Assembly (NCBI GenBank): GCA_964016885.1
Contig: OZ024743.1
Location: forward strand, 107,136,001-107,200,000
Source of the DNA: Eledone cirrhosa
Taxonomy: Eukaryota
DNA length: 64,000 nucleotides
Reading direction: 5' to 3'
Program-made: the position numbers and the translations under genes
Part shown: piece by piece, positions 14,785 through 28,582 of the stretch
Layout of the letters: each line of letters starts with the position of its first letter
How positions within the stretch are numbered: position 1 is the first letter of the stretch
Notes under the pieces: generated by a model
The model's database searches: none
The model's input: only the letters and a program-made list of their open reading frames with translations
Told to the model about the DNA's origin: nothing

Positions 14785-15289
14785 ATTTGCGTAATATTGC
14801 CAGAATTAATAACAGAACACACTCACTGTTTGGTTGGTTTTCGCTTCTCGCTGTCTTTTATATATATATATCTGCGATCTAACTTACTCGGTCCTCAATG
14901 TTGCCATTGACTGACCGGCGGTCAAAAATAATACAGATACAATATAGACAAACACATATATATATAGTTTACATAATTTACATAAATCTTTCGTTGCACA
15001 TCTGCAACATCGTCAGTGGTGTTATATTCATTGTTCCTCCTGTTGTGTTGTATGTCTACGCCATTTTTTTTTGTTCAGTCTGTCTATATATTTATTTATT
15101 TATTTGCTTGTTTGTTTATCTTATTTTATTTTGTCTTCTTTGCGCATGCGTTTGCGTGTGTGTATAGTGTTATGTGTGATGTGTGACTAGTGTGTATAGT
15201 GTTGTGTCTGCTGGGTGACTAGTGTGTGTTTATGTGCTTGTGTATGTATTTATTTATCTTATTTTATTTTATTTAATTTACTTATTTAT

Positions 15290-16557
15290 TTATACTTCTC
15301 TTAGGTCCGTGTTGTTTGTTTGGGTGTTGTTGTTGTTCCACTCATTCTTTCTGTTTAGCTTTGGTCTTCTAATTTCTATTTCACTGGCCTCTCTGATTTG
15401 CCTATCTGCTGGGTCATTCCTATGTTTAGATATTATTCTAATTTCTATGTTGTCTATGTTACCGTCATGTTGTTGTCTAGCATGTTCGTATAGTACTGAC
15501 CCGTTTTTTCGTCCTTTTAGTTCACCCCAGTGTTGGTCTATCCTTTCACCTATGCTACGAGCTGTCTCACCTATGTATGTTGTTGTCGTGTTTCTGCAAG
15601 TACCCTCTGTACATCTTATGCTATAGACTACGTTTCTAGTTTTACAGTTTATCCGGGGGTTCACCTTACATATGATACATTTCCTATTGGTACAGTGGGT
15701 TTTCTTAAAAGGGTAGGTTTTGCTGATCAGGGATTTTATGGTGGTTCCTGGCTTTTCTACCACCTTTATTTTTAAGTGGGTCTTTCTCAGGGCCTTTCTA
15801 CACTGGTTAGCTAATTTCCCTCCAGGGGTGGCGTCCACAAACATAACACTCTGATATCTCTGGTTGTCGTACCATGATGTGGCCTTCCCTATCTTATGTC
15901 TAGCCCTATCTAAGCTATTCCATGATTTGCTCCTGTATAGTGGGCAAATTCCTTTCATGTCCAGTTCTATTAGGGTCTTATACTTTTCCATGGCTCCTTC
16001 GTATACTCTGACTCTGTCTCTTTGGTTGTAGCCAGAGAACTGCATGCGGTTGATGAAGTGTTGGATGTGTCCTTCCATTTCTGTTGGGTCGCACATGCTG
16101 GACACATTCTTCATCACTCGTACCAAATCTGCGATCAGAATATTAAACTTAGCACTACTGGACATTGCTGAGTTTTTGAGTATCAGGTATTTGGAGGCCA
16201 TGGGTTTAGCATAGTGTGAGTGGAGAATTTGGGCTCTCTCGTCTTTAGTGTTAATCCAGAGTTCTGTGTCTAATACAGGTAGTCTATTGTTAGGGTGTTT
16301 GGAAGGGAAGTCTATAGTTACAGTTATACTCTGGTGTATGGAATTAGCTATCTGCTGGATGCTTTCCATCGTGCTACGTTCTAAATCAAACTTGTTAGTG
16401 CTCTCTAGTGGGGGTGTTCTTATAACTATATTGATATCGTCTACATAACGAGAGTACATGATGAGGTCTATGGAGCTTCCATTAAGGAGATCTTTAAGTC
16501 TCCTTTCCCACCATACCATGAAAAGGTTGGCAACATCACCAGCTATGCTGACGCCGA
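15290..16557 (-). pseudogene. 5'-truncated PLE RT/GIY-YIG copy forming the upstream pseudo-LTR
   Basis: Near-identical to 11166-12433. The N-terminal MRIFSLPSCVSCATS of the listed ORF is read-through across the inversion junction. Confidence 0.92.
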
Positions 16558-18603
16558 GCGAAGTTGCACAACTAACACACGATGGGAGAGAAAAAATCCT
16601 CAACGCTCACATGATGATGTGGACTGACATCCTAAAGCCAAGCAGGCGCACTGCCAACAACTTCCAGGCGTCTAACAATGGCATACCACCCTTGTATGGG
16701 CTCCGCAAAGACCACAAGACAGTCGACGACCCGACAACAGGACCACCAACAAGACCCGTATGCGGAGCTAATATAGCTAGCAACTACAGGATCTCCTACT
16801 TCCTCTCAATGGTTATACGCCCCATAATCAAGATGTCCCCAGATGTATGTGAAAGTACAGAGGACCTCCTCAGCAGAATCAGTGAGTGCAACAAAAACAG
16901 GAGCCTATCCAACTGCATAATAGGCAGCATGGATGTGGTGTCACTGTACCCATCCATTAACATTGATTTTGCTGTGAAAAGATGTGTGGAGATGATCATT
17001 GAGAGTGAGGTGGAGTTCTGCGACGTCGACACAGACGAACTGGGCCTCCTACTTAGACTTACCTACGACACTGACTACCTAGACAGCCATGACCTTAGAT
17101 GTTTCTGCCCTAGTAGACCTATAAGAGGTAGACCCCCCACCATAACCTCAATGGCTAAAAAGACTCCCATAGGAAGGTGGATTGGGTGGACCAAAGCTAT
17201 ACGGACCCCCCAAAACACTGATCAGGTAAGAAAAATAGTCGCACATGCAATAGGGGCTAGTATCAAAACTACCCTAAAGGGCCACATATTTAAGTTCAAT
17301 GAGAAAATCTACACCCAAAATGAGGGAGCAGCCATCGGCGTCAGCATAGCTGGTGATGTTGCCAACCTTTTCATGGTATGGTGGGAAAGGAGACTTAAAG
17401 ATCTCCTTAATGAAAGCTCCATAGACCTCATCATGTACTCTCGTTATGTAGACGATATCAATATAGTTATAAGAACACCCCCACTAGAGAGCACTAACAA
17501 GTTTGATTTAGAACGTAGCACGATGGAAAGCATCCAGCAGATAGCTAATTCCATACACCAGAGTATAACTGTAACTATAGACTTCCCTTCCAAACACCCT
17601 AACAATAGACTACCTGTATTAGACACAGAATTCTGGATTAACACTATAGACGAGAGAGCCCAAATTCTCCACTCACACTATGCTAAACCCATGGCCTCCA
17701 AATACCTGATACTCAAAAACTCAGCAATGTCCAGTAGTGCTAAGTTTAATATTCTGATCGCAGATTTGGTACGAGTGATGAAGAATGTGTCCAGCATGTG
17801 CGACCCAACAGAAATGGAAGGACACATCCAACACTTCATCAACCGCATGCAGTTCTCTGGCTACAACCAAAGAGACAGAGTCAGAGTATACGAAGGAGCC
17901 ATGGAAAATTTATAAGACCCTCATAGAACTGGACATGAAAGGAATTTGCCCACTATACAGGAGCAAATCATGGAATAGCTTAGATAGGGCTAGACATAAG
18001 ATAGGGAAGGCCACATCATGGTACGACAACCAGAGATATCAGAGTGTCATGTTTGTGGACGCCACCCCTGGAGGGAAATTAGCTAACCAGTGTAGAAAGG
18101 CCCTGAGAAAGACCCACTTAAAAATAAAGGTGGTAGAAAAGCCAGGAACCACCATAAAATCCCTGATCAGCAAAACCTACCCTTTTAAGAAAACCCACTG
18201 TACCAATAGGAAATGTATCATATGTAAGGTGAACCCCCGGATAAACTGTAAAACTAGAAACGTAGTCTATAGCATAAGATGTACAGAGGGTACTTGCAGA
18301 AACACGACAACAACATACATAGGTGAGACAGCTCGTAGCATAGGTGAATGGATAGACCAACACTGGGGGGAACTAAAAGGACGAAAAAACGGGTCAGTAC
18401 TATACGAACATGCTAGACAACAACATGACGGTAACATAGACAACATAGAAATTAGAATAATATCTAAACATAGGAATGACCCAGCAGATAGGCAAATCAG
18501 AGAGGCCAGTGAAATAGAAATTAGAAGACCAAAGCTAAACAGAAAGAATGAGTGGAACAACAACAACACCCAAACAAACAACACGGACCTAAGAGAAGTA
18601 TAA
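16555..18603 (+). pseudogene. Inverted 5'-truncated PLE RT/GIY-YIG copy
   Basis: Near-identical reverse complement of 11166-13213, with a 1-bp frameshift at ~17910 (atggaaaatttataag vs atggaaaagtataag). Confidence 0.92.
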
Positions 18604-19126
18604 ATAAATAAGTAAATTAAATAAAATAAAATAAGATAAATAAATACATACACAAGCACATAAACACACACTAGTCACCCAGCAGACACAACACTATACC
18701 AACTAGTCACACATCACACATAACAGTATACACACACGCAAACGCATGCGCAAAGAAGACAAAATAAAATAAGATAAACAAACAAGCAAATAAATAAATA
18801 AATATATAGACAGACTGAACAAAAAAAAATGGCGTAGACATACAACACAACAGGAGGAACAATGAATATAACACCACTGACGATGTTGCAGATGTGCAAC
18901 GAAAGATTTATGTAAATTATGTAAACTATATATATATGTGTTTGTCTATATTGTATCTGTATTATTTTTGACCGCCGGTCAGTCAATGGCAACATTGAGG
19001 ACCGAGTAAGTTAGATCGCAGATATATATATATAAAAGACAGCGAGAAGCGAAAACCAACCAAACAGTGAGTGTGTTCTGTTATTAATTCTGGCAATATT
19101 ACGCAAATATGACCCTCCCCAAATAT

Positions 19127-19241
<115 letters not shown>

Positions 19242-19392
19242 ATATATATATATTAGGTATAGGATTATCCAAGATGTAGTAATGGTTAATTACTACACTG
19301 GATATGGTTGACGTACGGTGAGAGGTTGCTCTACGAGTTATGGAAGAATTGCTGAAGAAACTTAGTTCCTGATCCTTCTGTATTCCGGAGTG

Positions 19393-19491
19393 TATATAAA
19401 GAATGAATAATAACAGGTAGACATCATAAAAAGCAAACGGAATAAATTATCTTTTTATGATGTCTACCTGTTATTATTCATTCTTTATATA
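19393..19491. repeat. Inverted repeat (41-bp arms, 17-bp spacer)
   Basis: tatataaagaatgaataataacaggtagacatcataaaaag ... ctttttatgatgtctacctgttattattcattctttatata. Confidence 0.9.
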
Positions 19492-20074
19492 TCGTTCTTT
19501 GAATCTTTACCCTTTCTAGCAGTCTCTCTCTCTCTCTGTTAGCCTCTTCCTCACCCTTCACTCACTCATTCTCTGTCACTACCTCTCCTCCTCCTCTTTC
19601 TTCCTGTTTGACCTGTCCGTAATTCTTTTCTCACGCGCTCTTGGCCAAGCCGGTATGAATTTTTTTTCTCTCTCTCTCTCTCGTCTGCGATTTCACAGAA
19701 CTTATGTTTACCGAATTCGCAGACCAGACCCCTTCTTCCTCCTGTTAGACCTGTGCGAAATTCCTTCCTTGCTCACATTTCAACCAGGTTTGATGGTCTT
19801 TATTCTCTCGTTCACGATTTCACCGAATTTATATTCATAGAAATCTGGGACTTGTCTCTTTCTTCATCACTTTCTGTTGTTTAAACCATTTTTTTTGTTT
19901 ACCCTAGCGTCCCCTTTATTTACGTGTCCCAACGACTTTTTTTAGCCGTTGCTCGCACCAACCTGAGGTATATGATCTTTAAAGCGATGAAATGCCTATG
20001 ACGGTTGGAAGACCACTGATGAAGGACAAACTTTTTCATATGTAACCCATTTGCAACGCCGCAGCTCCATTATG

Positions 20075-20110
<36 letters not shown>

Positions 20111-20512
20111 ATTTACGTATCGAGAGAAAGAAAGAAAAGGAAGGATAGGTGATACATGCAGTTATTTGCCAAGTAGCGTATGCCAAAGGTGCTCAATACT
20201 AGTGCCGGCAGTATTAAACATTAGAAGCGTTAATATTTAGTGGGAGAGAGATTTAGCAGAGCGCAAGCACGTGGAAGAGTAAGAAATCGGAGAAAAAACC
20301 GTTAAAACAGCACCAGTTTTGCGAAACGTACGTAGGTGGTGTTTTAAATAAACATGTATTAACGGTCTATTCTCCGATTTCTTACTTTTCGACGTATATA
20401 TATATACGTCGAAAAGTATAACATATACATATATATATAAATATAGAAAGATACGTATATACATATATATATATATAAAGATACATATAAAGATATGTAT
20501 ATATATATAATA

Positions 20513-20553
<41 letters not shown>

Positions 20554-20564
20554 GTATATATATA

Positions 20565-20602
<38 letters not shown>

Positions 20603-20678
20603 AAGATATAAAGATATATATATATATGTATAAATATACACACACGCATATATATATATAAATATATATAAATAAATA

Positions 20679-20721
<43 letters not shown>

Positions 20722-20878
20722 TGGAATAAATGCTCTGAAATAGCGATATATATGTGAATATAGACACAGAATATTCGAAAATATTCTGTATGTTTATAAT
20801 AAACATTTTGAAGACCTAATCGCTATAGAATAGAATACGTCACGTATTACAATTAGATTCTCGATAAAAGCAAGGGAA

Positions 20879-20922
20879 GTAAGTCTACGCGTTTCATTCT
20901 TGTTAGAATTCATCAGGACTAC
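20879..20922 (-). ncRNA. Minimal type I hammerhead ribozyme (array unit 1)
   Basis: Minus strand: gtagtc CTGATGA attct-aaca-agaat GAAA cgcg TA gacttac. Stems I and II pair, stem III is palindromic CGCG, GUA cleavage triplet. Confidence 0.88.
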
Positions 20923-21189
20923 ATATCCAGTGCTTTCATCGAGAATGACACAGCTAGAGACTTATAGAATACTTAGCTGTGTACAGGAACTGGTTTGAAA
21001 GAGCGGTTGCCGGTCCGGCAGAAATTAGAAATTGGAATAAATGCTCTGAAATAGCGATATATATGTGAATATAGACACAGAATATTCGAAAATATTCTGT
21101 ATGTTTATAATAAACATTTTGAAGACCTAATCGCTATAGAATAGAATACGTCACGTATTACAATTAGATTCTCGATAAAAGCAAGGGAA

Positions 21190-21233
21190 GTAAGTCTACG
21201 CGTTTCATTCTTGTTAGAATTCATCAGGACTAC
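21190..21233 (-). ncRNA. Minimal type I hammerhead ribozyme (array unit 2)
   Basis: Identical to 20879-20922. Confidence 0.88.
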
Positions 21234-21577
21234 ATATCCAGTGCTTTCATCGAGAATGACACAGCTAGAGACTTATAGAATACTTAGCTGTGTACAGGAA
21301 CTGGTTTGAAAGAGCGGTTGCCGGTCCGGCAGAAATTAGAAATTGGAATAAATGCTCTGAAATAGCGATATATATGTGAATATAGACACAGAATATTCGA
21401 AAATATTCTGTATGTTTATAATAAACATTTTGAAGACCTAATCGCTATAGAATAGAATACGTCACGTATTACAATTAGATTCTCGATAAAAGCAAGGGAA
21501 AACATTTTGAAGACCTAATCGCTATAGAATAGAATACGTCACGTATTACAATTAGATTCTCGATAAAAGCAAGGGAA

Positions 21578-21621
21578 GTAAGTCTACGCGTTTCATTCTT
21601 GTTAGAATTCATCAGGACTAC
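21578..21621 (-). ncRNA. Minimal type I hammerhead ribozyme (array unit 3)
   Basis: Identical to 20879-20922. Confidence 0.88.
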
Positions 21622-22509
21622 ATATCCAGTGCTTTCATCGAGAATGACACAGCTAGAGACTTATAGAATACTTAGCTGTGTACAGGAACTGGTTTGAAAG
21701 AGCGGTTGCCGGTCCGGCAGAAATTAGAAATTGGAATAAATGCTCTGAAATAGCGATATATATGTGAATATAGACACAGAATATTCGAAAATATTCTGTA
21801 TGTTTATATATATATGCATACATACATATAAATATATAAAATATATATATTTATATGTATATATGATAGATATATAAAAGTATAAATCTGGGTAAATATT
21901 AGTTAAATACAACTTAAAATATATTAAACATACACACACAGGAATGTATGCATATACACACATATATATACATACGTATATCCCTAATTATATATATATA
22001 TATAAAATTCTACCGAAAAAATTATGTAGTTAAATAGAAAAATATTCGTTCATACTCCATGTTTTAGAGCTGGATAACAAAACACCAGGGGCGGAAATAT
22101 ACGTTAGTTTAATCAATAGATTATAAACATAGATTATATGTATGTTTCACTTACACTTATCGATTAAAAACAGCGTGTTTTAGAAATTAAAAACATACAC
22201 TAAAAATGTACAATAATAGTTTTTACCAAACAAAAATATTTCATAAACTTTTTATTAATTATAAACGACAAAGTTTCTAATTAAGCTACTAGACTTTCTG
22301 AACAATAATAAATAAATTATGGAGCTTGCCATTATGTATTTGGTTGTATTTTGTTGTATATATTTTCAAGATTATGTATATTTCTCCGTATTATTAATGT
22401 AACTATCGCGTACGGTAATTAGATTTTCTTTTTTGTAATTTATTTATTTATCTAAACAAACATGCATATATATATATGTATATATATATAGTGTATATTA
22501 CACTATCTA

Positions 22510-22553
<44 letters not shown>

Positions 22554-22949
22554 ACATTTATATATATATATGTGTGTGAGTGTGTGTGCGTGTGTGCCTC
22601 TGTGTGTGCGTGTGTGCCTCTGTCTGTGCATTGATATTTTAGCCGTTAGCAAGCGCGATTTTTTAAATTTTAATTTCAATGCCTAGCAAAAATCTACAAT
22701 GACTTTCGTTAAATGAGAGTAATAATAAATCATTCCCTTTGAAGAGAACATGAAATGTTTTCTGAGCAGGCATTTTTAAACAATATTCAACCGTGTATAT
22801 TGTTTGTTGTTGTACTCTAATTCTTTAAACTAGAAAACAGCAGGTATACCAATATTGTAATAGGTGTGTACGTTGAATGTATTACACTTAACACTTCTTT
22901 CAATATAAAAGCGAACACTACAATCAGCCAACATGTCAGTGTGAGGAAA

Positions 22950-23362
22950 ATAATAATTATTATTTTAGGCACAAGGTCAGAAAATTGTCGACTAATTGAA
23001 AGGTGATTTTATCAATGTCAGTTATTTTACTGTTATTCATTATTTTATCGACCTTGGATGGATGACTGTTAAAGTTGGCATTGGTGTGATTTGAACGCAG
23101 AACCTAAAGAAACGAAACAAATACGCTTATCCGACGTTGTACAACTCTCCCAGTCCACCCGCTTCGTATGAATAAAATAATTGTTTCTACTTTATGACAC
23201 AAGGCTAGCAATTACCCAGTACATTACTGGTACTTTATTTAATCGACCCCGTAAGGATGAAAGGCAAAGTCAACCTCGGCGGGATTTGAACTCATATCGT
23301 AAAGGGACGTGACTATGCTAGAAAGCATGGCGTCCGACCCTCTACCGATACTGCCAATCCAC
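22950..23362 (-). mobile_element. Two adjacent SINE family-1 copies (old 22950-23162, younger 23176-23362)
   Basis: Both carry ggcacaagg...cgacc...ggatga...gatttgaac matching 9992-10177. Confidence 0.8.
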
Positions 23363-25716
23363 TGAACCATAGTAACGCAACAGAACCTTTAAGAGAAAAA
23401 ATTGATTTAATGTTAACACTATTATTTTATTTCTGTTTCGATATGTCTGGAAATATTGAACGAAACACGGAGCTGTTCCTCACCTTATAAACATTAAGCG
23501 ACAGAGTAAACAAACCTTCCACTCAGAAAATTCGCCAGTCTATCACAGTGTTAAACCCTGAATATACTGAAGTATGGTGAAAGGAAATGATTTGCTCATT
23601 GACTCAAAAAGTCGCTCTTTCTACGAGTCATATTCATGACCTAATGAATGCCAGCCCAACTCTATAACAATGTAACCACGCTCTTTCAATATTGAATCAT
23701 AACAATATCCAAAATATACAATGGAGATTTAAGGCTCATTAAACCTATCTACGCCGTACACTACTCCATAAAGTCGTTATGACAGGTTGAGCAAAACATG
23801 GGGTTATCTGCTGAAGCTTATTAAATTATACAGGGCATTTTGTTCGGTTGCTATTTGGGGTGCACACTTCATAAGATACTCTTATTTTAATCCAAGTATT
23901 CTGCGTGACGTATAGGATTGCCATACTTTCGAATAGTACATCAGTATATAACATCACGGAAAATCATTTAAGTTAGCTTCTGTTTACATTTATCCTTTAT
24001 TTCTTGCCGTCAATGTTTTCGTCACGCTGTTTGCGAACAAGATGCAGTAAAATTATATCAGTAAAAAGGTGACAAGCATTGCGTTAGAAATGTTGATACC
24101 AAAATATATATGCTAAATGTAAAATCAATTTGACAGTTGTTATGGTTTTGTGTAGCTAAAAGTGTCTTTTCCAGCAGGTAATTGATTTAGTTTCAACATT
24201 CGGTCTCATATCAGGTCACTTACAAAGCAAATAAAATTCTAGTGTCATTTAGAGACACGTAGAAACTGCCTGAAACTATCTAATTTTGAGTAAGTTAATT
24301 ATCTTACTAAATTCATCAAATTACTAATTTCTTTTCAAAATATCTGAAAGTGATAGTGAATGACTTTCGTTTGAAATATGGCAACAAAGGGAAACATACC
24401 TAGATACTTAGTTCCACCATTTCATATGATTATTTTCTTCATAACTGAATAGCCTTTCTAACAATAATATGAAGAATATCAGCTAAGCAATATGATGTGT
24501 AAAAACAAAATCCGCTTTAACATTTTGGATACAGTATTGTTTATACCAACCATGGTTCTATGATACAAAACTATTTCTTAAGTATTTAACTAGAAACATA
24601 CCATAAATCTATATGAAAATTGTTTTACGTTATGTTTCAAATACCAAACTAAGAAACTTACATATCTGAATCTTAGTTTTTGGATTATTTGAAAATCATA
24701 ATGCAGTGTATTTTAGTAGAACTAAAAGGGTTAACCTTATTGTTGTACAGACACAACAAAATGAGCAGTATGTTGTTCGTAATGTTTCATATTATCTAGG
24801 AAAACTCACATAACCTGGAGAAGATGAGACTACTTAGCTGTCAACAGGTAATGCCGGCTGTTGTTTTTCACACACATGTCATTTGTATTGAACAGATAAA
24901 TGGTTAAAAGGTTTTCTCGTCGTCATGACCAGCCTATGTTTTCTCTTTTTCACACTGGCTGTATCCATGCTGTTATCTATTTCTTTAATAAACCATGTTG
25001 TTTTTAAGAGAGTTTAGTAGCTATTTCTAGCAATTTCGGTTAATATGTACTGGAGTCCATCCCTGGCTTCTGTGATCCAATCTGATAAGGATCTCCAATG
25101 CTGCCAGCAATTGTTTCTGTGGCTTAAACTGGACAAGTGTTTAATTAATTGTCAGATGCCCATTGTTTATTTTGTTCTTGATGTTGTGACCTTGCGTTAT
25201 ATCCAAGTAAAAACAAGTGGAGAAATATTGTTTTGGTTTTATCAGCATTGTTACTGAAAAGACGAAGACAATCCAATGAATATAACAGCTTGATGTTCCC
25301 TTCTGTTTTCGTAACTCTGTTTCAAATTACACGCTCCATTATATTCAAAGTAAATAAAGAAAGAAACAATTATATAACTTTTCAATTGCGTTAATAAAAG
25401 CATACTAGTTGTATTATAACTGCAGGTTGATTCTAAATGTTCGATTTGTTATATACATATAATATTAAACTTTGACAAACGATACCTAACAACATTGAGG
25501 TATTTATATATCATTGCCATATTTCCTACTTATACGATAAAATTGCAGAGAATGACAATTATCATGTTTATAAAACATTTCTGTACAAGACGCCATGCTT
25601 ATATATCAATACATTTTTCAATTTACAGAGAACACCGTTAATTTAGCGTTCTCGTATAGCTAAATATTCAAAGTGTAAATCTATATGCATATTCACACAG
25701 TAACATTTGCCTCTGC

Positions 25717-25798
<82 letters not shown>

Positions 25799-25805
<7 letters not shown>

Positions 25806-25916
25806 AACAAACGAAAAATCAGTGATGCATCTAGACTCAGTTTATTGCGTGTTACAATTGTAACACGCAATAACCTGAGTCTAGATGCATCACTGATGTT
25901 TCGTTGGTTTATATTA
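25799..25916. repeat. Near-perfect palindrome abutting (TA)n
   Basis: Centred on caattg (25855-25860); ~59-bp arms with few mismatches. Confidence 0.92.
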
Positions 25917-26444
25917 TTCACAATCTGCTCTGTTAGAACATTGAGTGCTCAACTGGCATACCGCTTATGGAAGCAACATAGATATCATTAAACACACGTA
26001 TATATATATATATATATATATATGAAAGACGTAAATAAGATGTTATGAAAATTGACTTACTTACTAAAATTTCACTCCAACTAATTAGTTTCTGTAAGGG
26101 GATAAATATGGTTACGGAGCGTTTCCATAGAGAAGCCTTACGTCATCAGGGAGTCTATTCTCAGCTAAGCTTCCAGGCAATGCGGGGACACTGGGAACTT
26201 ATATAAAAATAATTCAGTGGATGGATGTAAAAAAGCGAGCGGGGACTAGATTCCAAGACATTGAAAAATTCGCTGCCTACTTGGTCAAGTGGCAAATTCA
26301 AAAGAATCAATCACGTGACACTGAGGTTAATCAGCTAGGGGTGGGGTGCTATTAAGACAGAGCCTAGCCACTACTATTAGTCACAGTAGTAATTTCAACA
26401 AATAATTTGGAGATAATTATATATATATATATATAATTTGGAGA

Positions 26445-26488
<44 letters not shown>

Positions 26489-26958
26489 TAGAGAGAGAGA
26501 CAGAGAGAGATCCAGGCGTTACTCCAACGGTACCATCATGTAATGTGACTTCCGAAATGTGACTGAGTAAGAAATTTCAGATATTATATGGATAGTCATA
26601 TCCGAATAATATTTACTTACACTCAAAGAGCGAAATCTGTAGAGGTTGCCTCCATCTAATATCTCAACTGCTTGCTAGGTGAAAATATTCAACTAATTCG
26701 ACTGATTTTTTATCACCTTAATTTGATTTATATACTTCCGTAATATCTTGTTTTCTTTTTCTGTATCCACACTTACATAATTCAATACACTTTCTATATT
26801 ACTATAATCGATACATTAATAAATATTTCCGTCAATATATTGCATTCCACCACATAATACAATATTTCTGGTCTCTTTCGATAGAGCACTTTTTTCCATT
26901 TTCCTTTTCACATCTATGGATATTGTTATATACACGCACAAACACACACACCACACAT

Positions 26959-27071
<113 letters not shown>

Positions 27072-27074
27072 TAT

Positions 27075-28322
27075 ATATAAGAAAGTAAGTCCATAGAATC
27101 ATTTGATAAAATATATACAGTATTTCTCCTCCCAATCAAACTGATTAATCACACAAAATATCAATTAAACGAGGCTATAAGTTTAAAATGTACCTATGAA
27201 GAAGCAGTAGATAAATAAATGATACCTATTTTATCCGTGATCAACAGCCACACAAGATTTACCTAGTATTTCTAATAGCCCGTAGAAATGGATTAGACAT
27301 ATAGCCAACCATACACAATTAGGTATAAAATCAACGTTAGAAGAAAAAATGTACATAAACATACCAAAATTATGTTTCTGCCCCATGAGATTCCATTCGC
27401 TTTTTGGAAATATCAGATCATGGATAAATTCACGAGTTTCGAAATCATCAGGAAACAAACTCAGTTGGACAAAGATTTTTCTTAAATGATCCCCGCCAGA
27501 AACGAATTCAAAATGGCTAAGAACTGTCACGTGGCCAGTGGTCAAGTCAGAAAGCTTGTGATTGGTGCCTGACGGCGAGTAGGCTGGTTGTTAGAAAGCG
27601 CAGCCGAATACTGCCTAAATTGTTACTCAACCATATGGGAGTATATAAATATATAGGTTTACATATACATAAACTAAACAGAGCCATAGGTATATATATA
27701 TGTGTTATTGGCAACCATTCATGGTGTGGCTCAATGACGAATTAATTAATTGAATTATCAACAATCAGAGCAATATGTAAGAAAGTAAGTCCATAAAATC
27801 ATTTGATAACATATATACAGTATTTCTCCTCCCAATCAGAATAATTAACCACACAAATAATCAATTAAACGAGGCTATAAGTTTAAAATGTACCTATGAA
27901 GAAACATAATTTTGGTATGTTTAAGTACATTTTTTTCTTCTAACTTTCATTTTATACCTAATTGTGTATGGTTGGCTATGTGTCTAGTCAATTTCTACGG
28001 GATATCAGAAATACTAGGTAAATCTTGTGTGGCTGCTGATCGCGGATAAAATAGCTATCATTTATTTATCTACTGTTTCTTCATAGGTACATTTTAAACT
28101 TATAGCCTCGTTTAATTGATATTTTGTGTGGTTAATTATGGTGATTGGGAGGAGAAATACTGTATATATTTTATCAAATGATTCTATGGACTTACTTTCT
28201 TATATATTGCTCTGATTGTTGATTATTTAATTAATTAATTCGTCATTGAGCCACACCGTGAATGGTTGCCAATAACACATATATATATATATCTATGGCT
28301 CTGTCTAGTTTATATATATGTA

Positions 28323-28326
<4 letters not shown>
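27075..28326. mobile_element. Non-coding element: 700-bp unit with terminal redundancy plus inverted arm
   Basis: taagaaagtaagtcc... occurs at 27078 and 27778. 27900-28326 is the reverse complement of 27075-27380 plus 27655-27778. Flanked by (TA)n. Confidence 0.8.
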
Positions 28327-28375
<49 letters not shown>

Positions 28376-28407
28376 AGATCAAAAGATGGTTAAAGGAGTT
28401 CCATGTA

Positions 28408-28474
28408 TTTTATTATGCGCATTTCAAAAACAAACATCATCATGCAATAATATTTGTGTTTTCATCAGATAAAA
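28408..28474 (-). ncRNA. Type I hammerhead ribozyme (left arm)
   Basis: Reverse complement of 28583-28649. Confidence 0.75.
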
Positions 28475-28582
28475 CAGGAGAACATGATATGAAGGCTAAA
28501 AAACACTTGTGGATAGTGCAGTTTTAAATCAAAAACTGCACTATCCACAAGTGTTTTTTAGCCTTCATATCATGTTCTCCTG

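Larger units (their letters stand above)
20721..21808 (-). mobile_element. 311-bp tandem array (3 units + partial), each unit with a hammerhead ribozyme; non-LTR retrozyme-like
   Basis: Units start at 20721, 21032, 21343 and 21731; unit 3 has a 77-bp internal duplication. Non-coding, hairpin-rich, flanked by (TA)n. Confidence 0.85.

Noticed and set aside
16458-16603. Novel N-termini of ORFs 15290-16603 and 16458-17915
   Set aside because: Antisense read-through across the inversion junction at 16555-16557.
20721-21808. Possible CRISPR array or plain satellite
   Set aside because: Units are identical over their whole length with no unique spacers, and the context is eukaryotic. The ribozyme content argues for a retrozyme-like element.
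26110-26156. HHR-like core on the minus strand (ctgatga...gaaacgctccgta)
   Set aside because: Stem I strands do not pair, so it is treated as decayed. The same applies to remnants at 8931-8979, 20017, 20322, 42806-42865 and 47472-47505.
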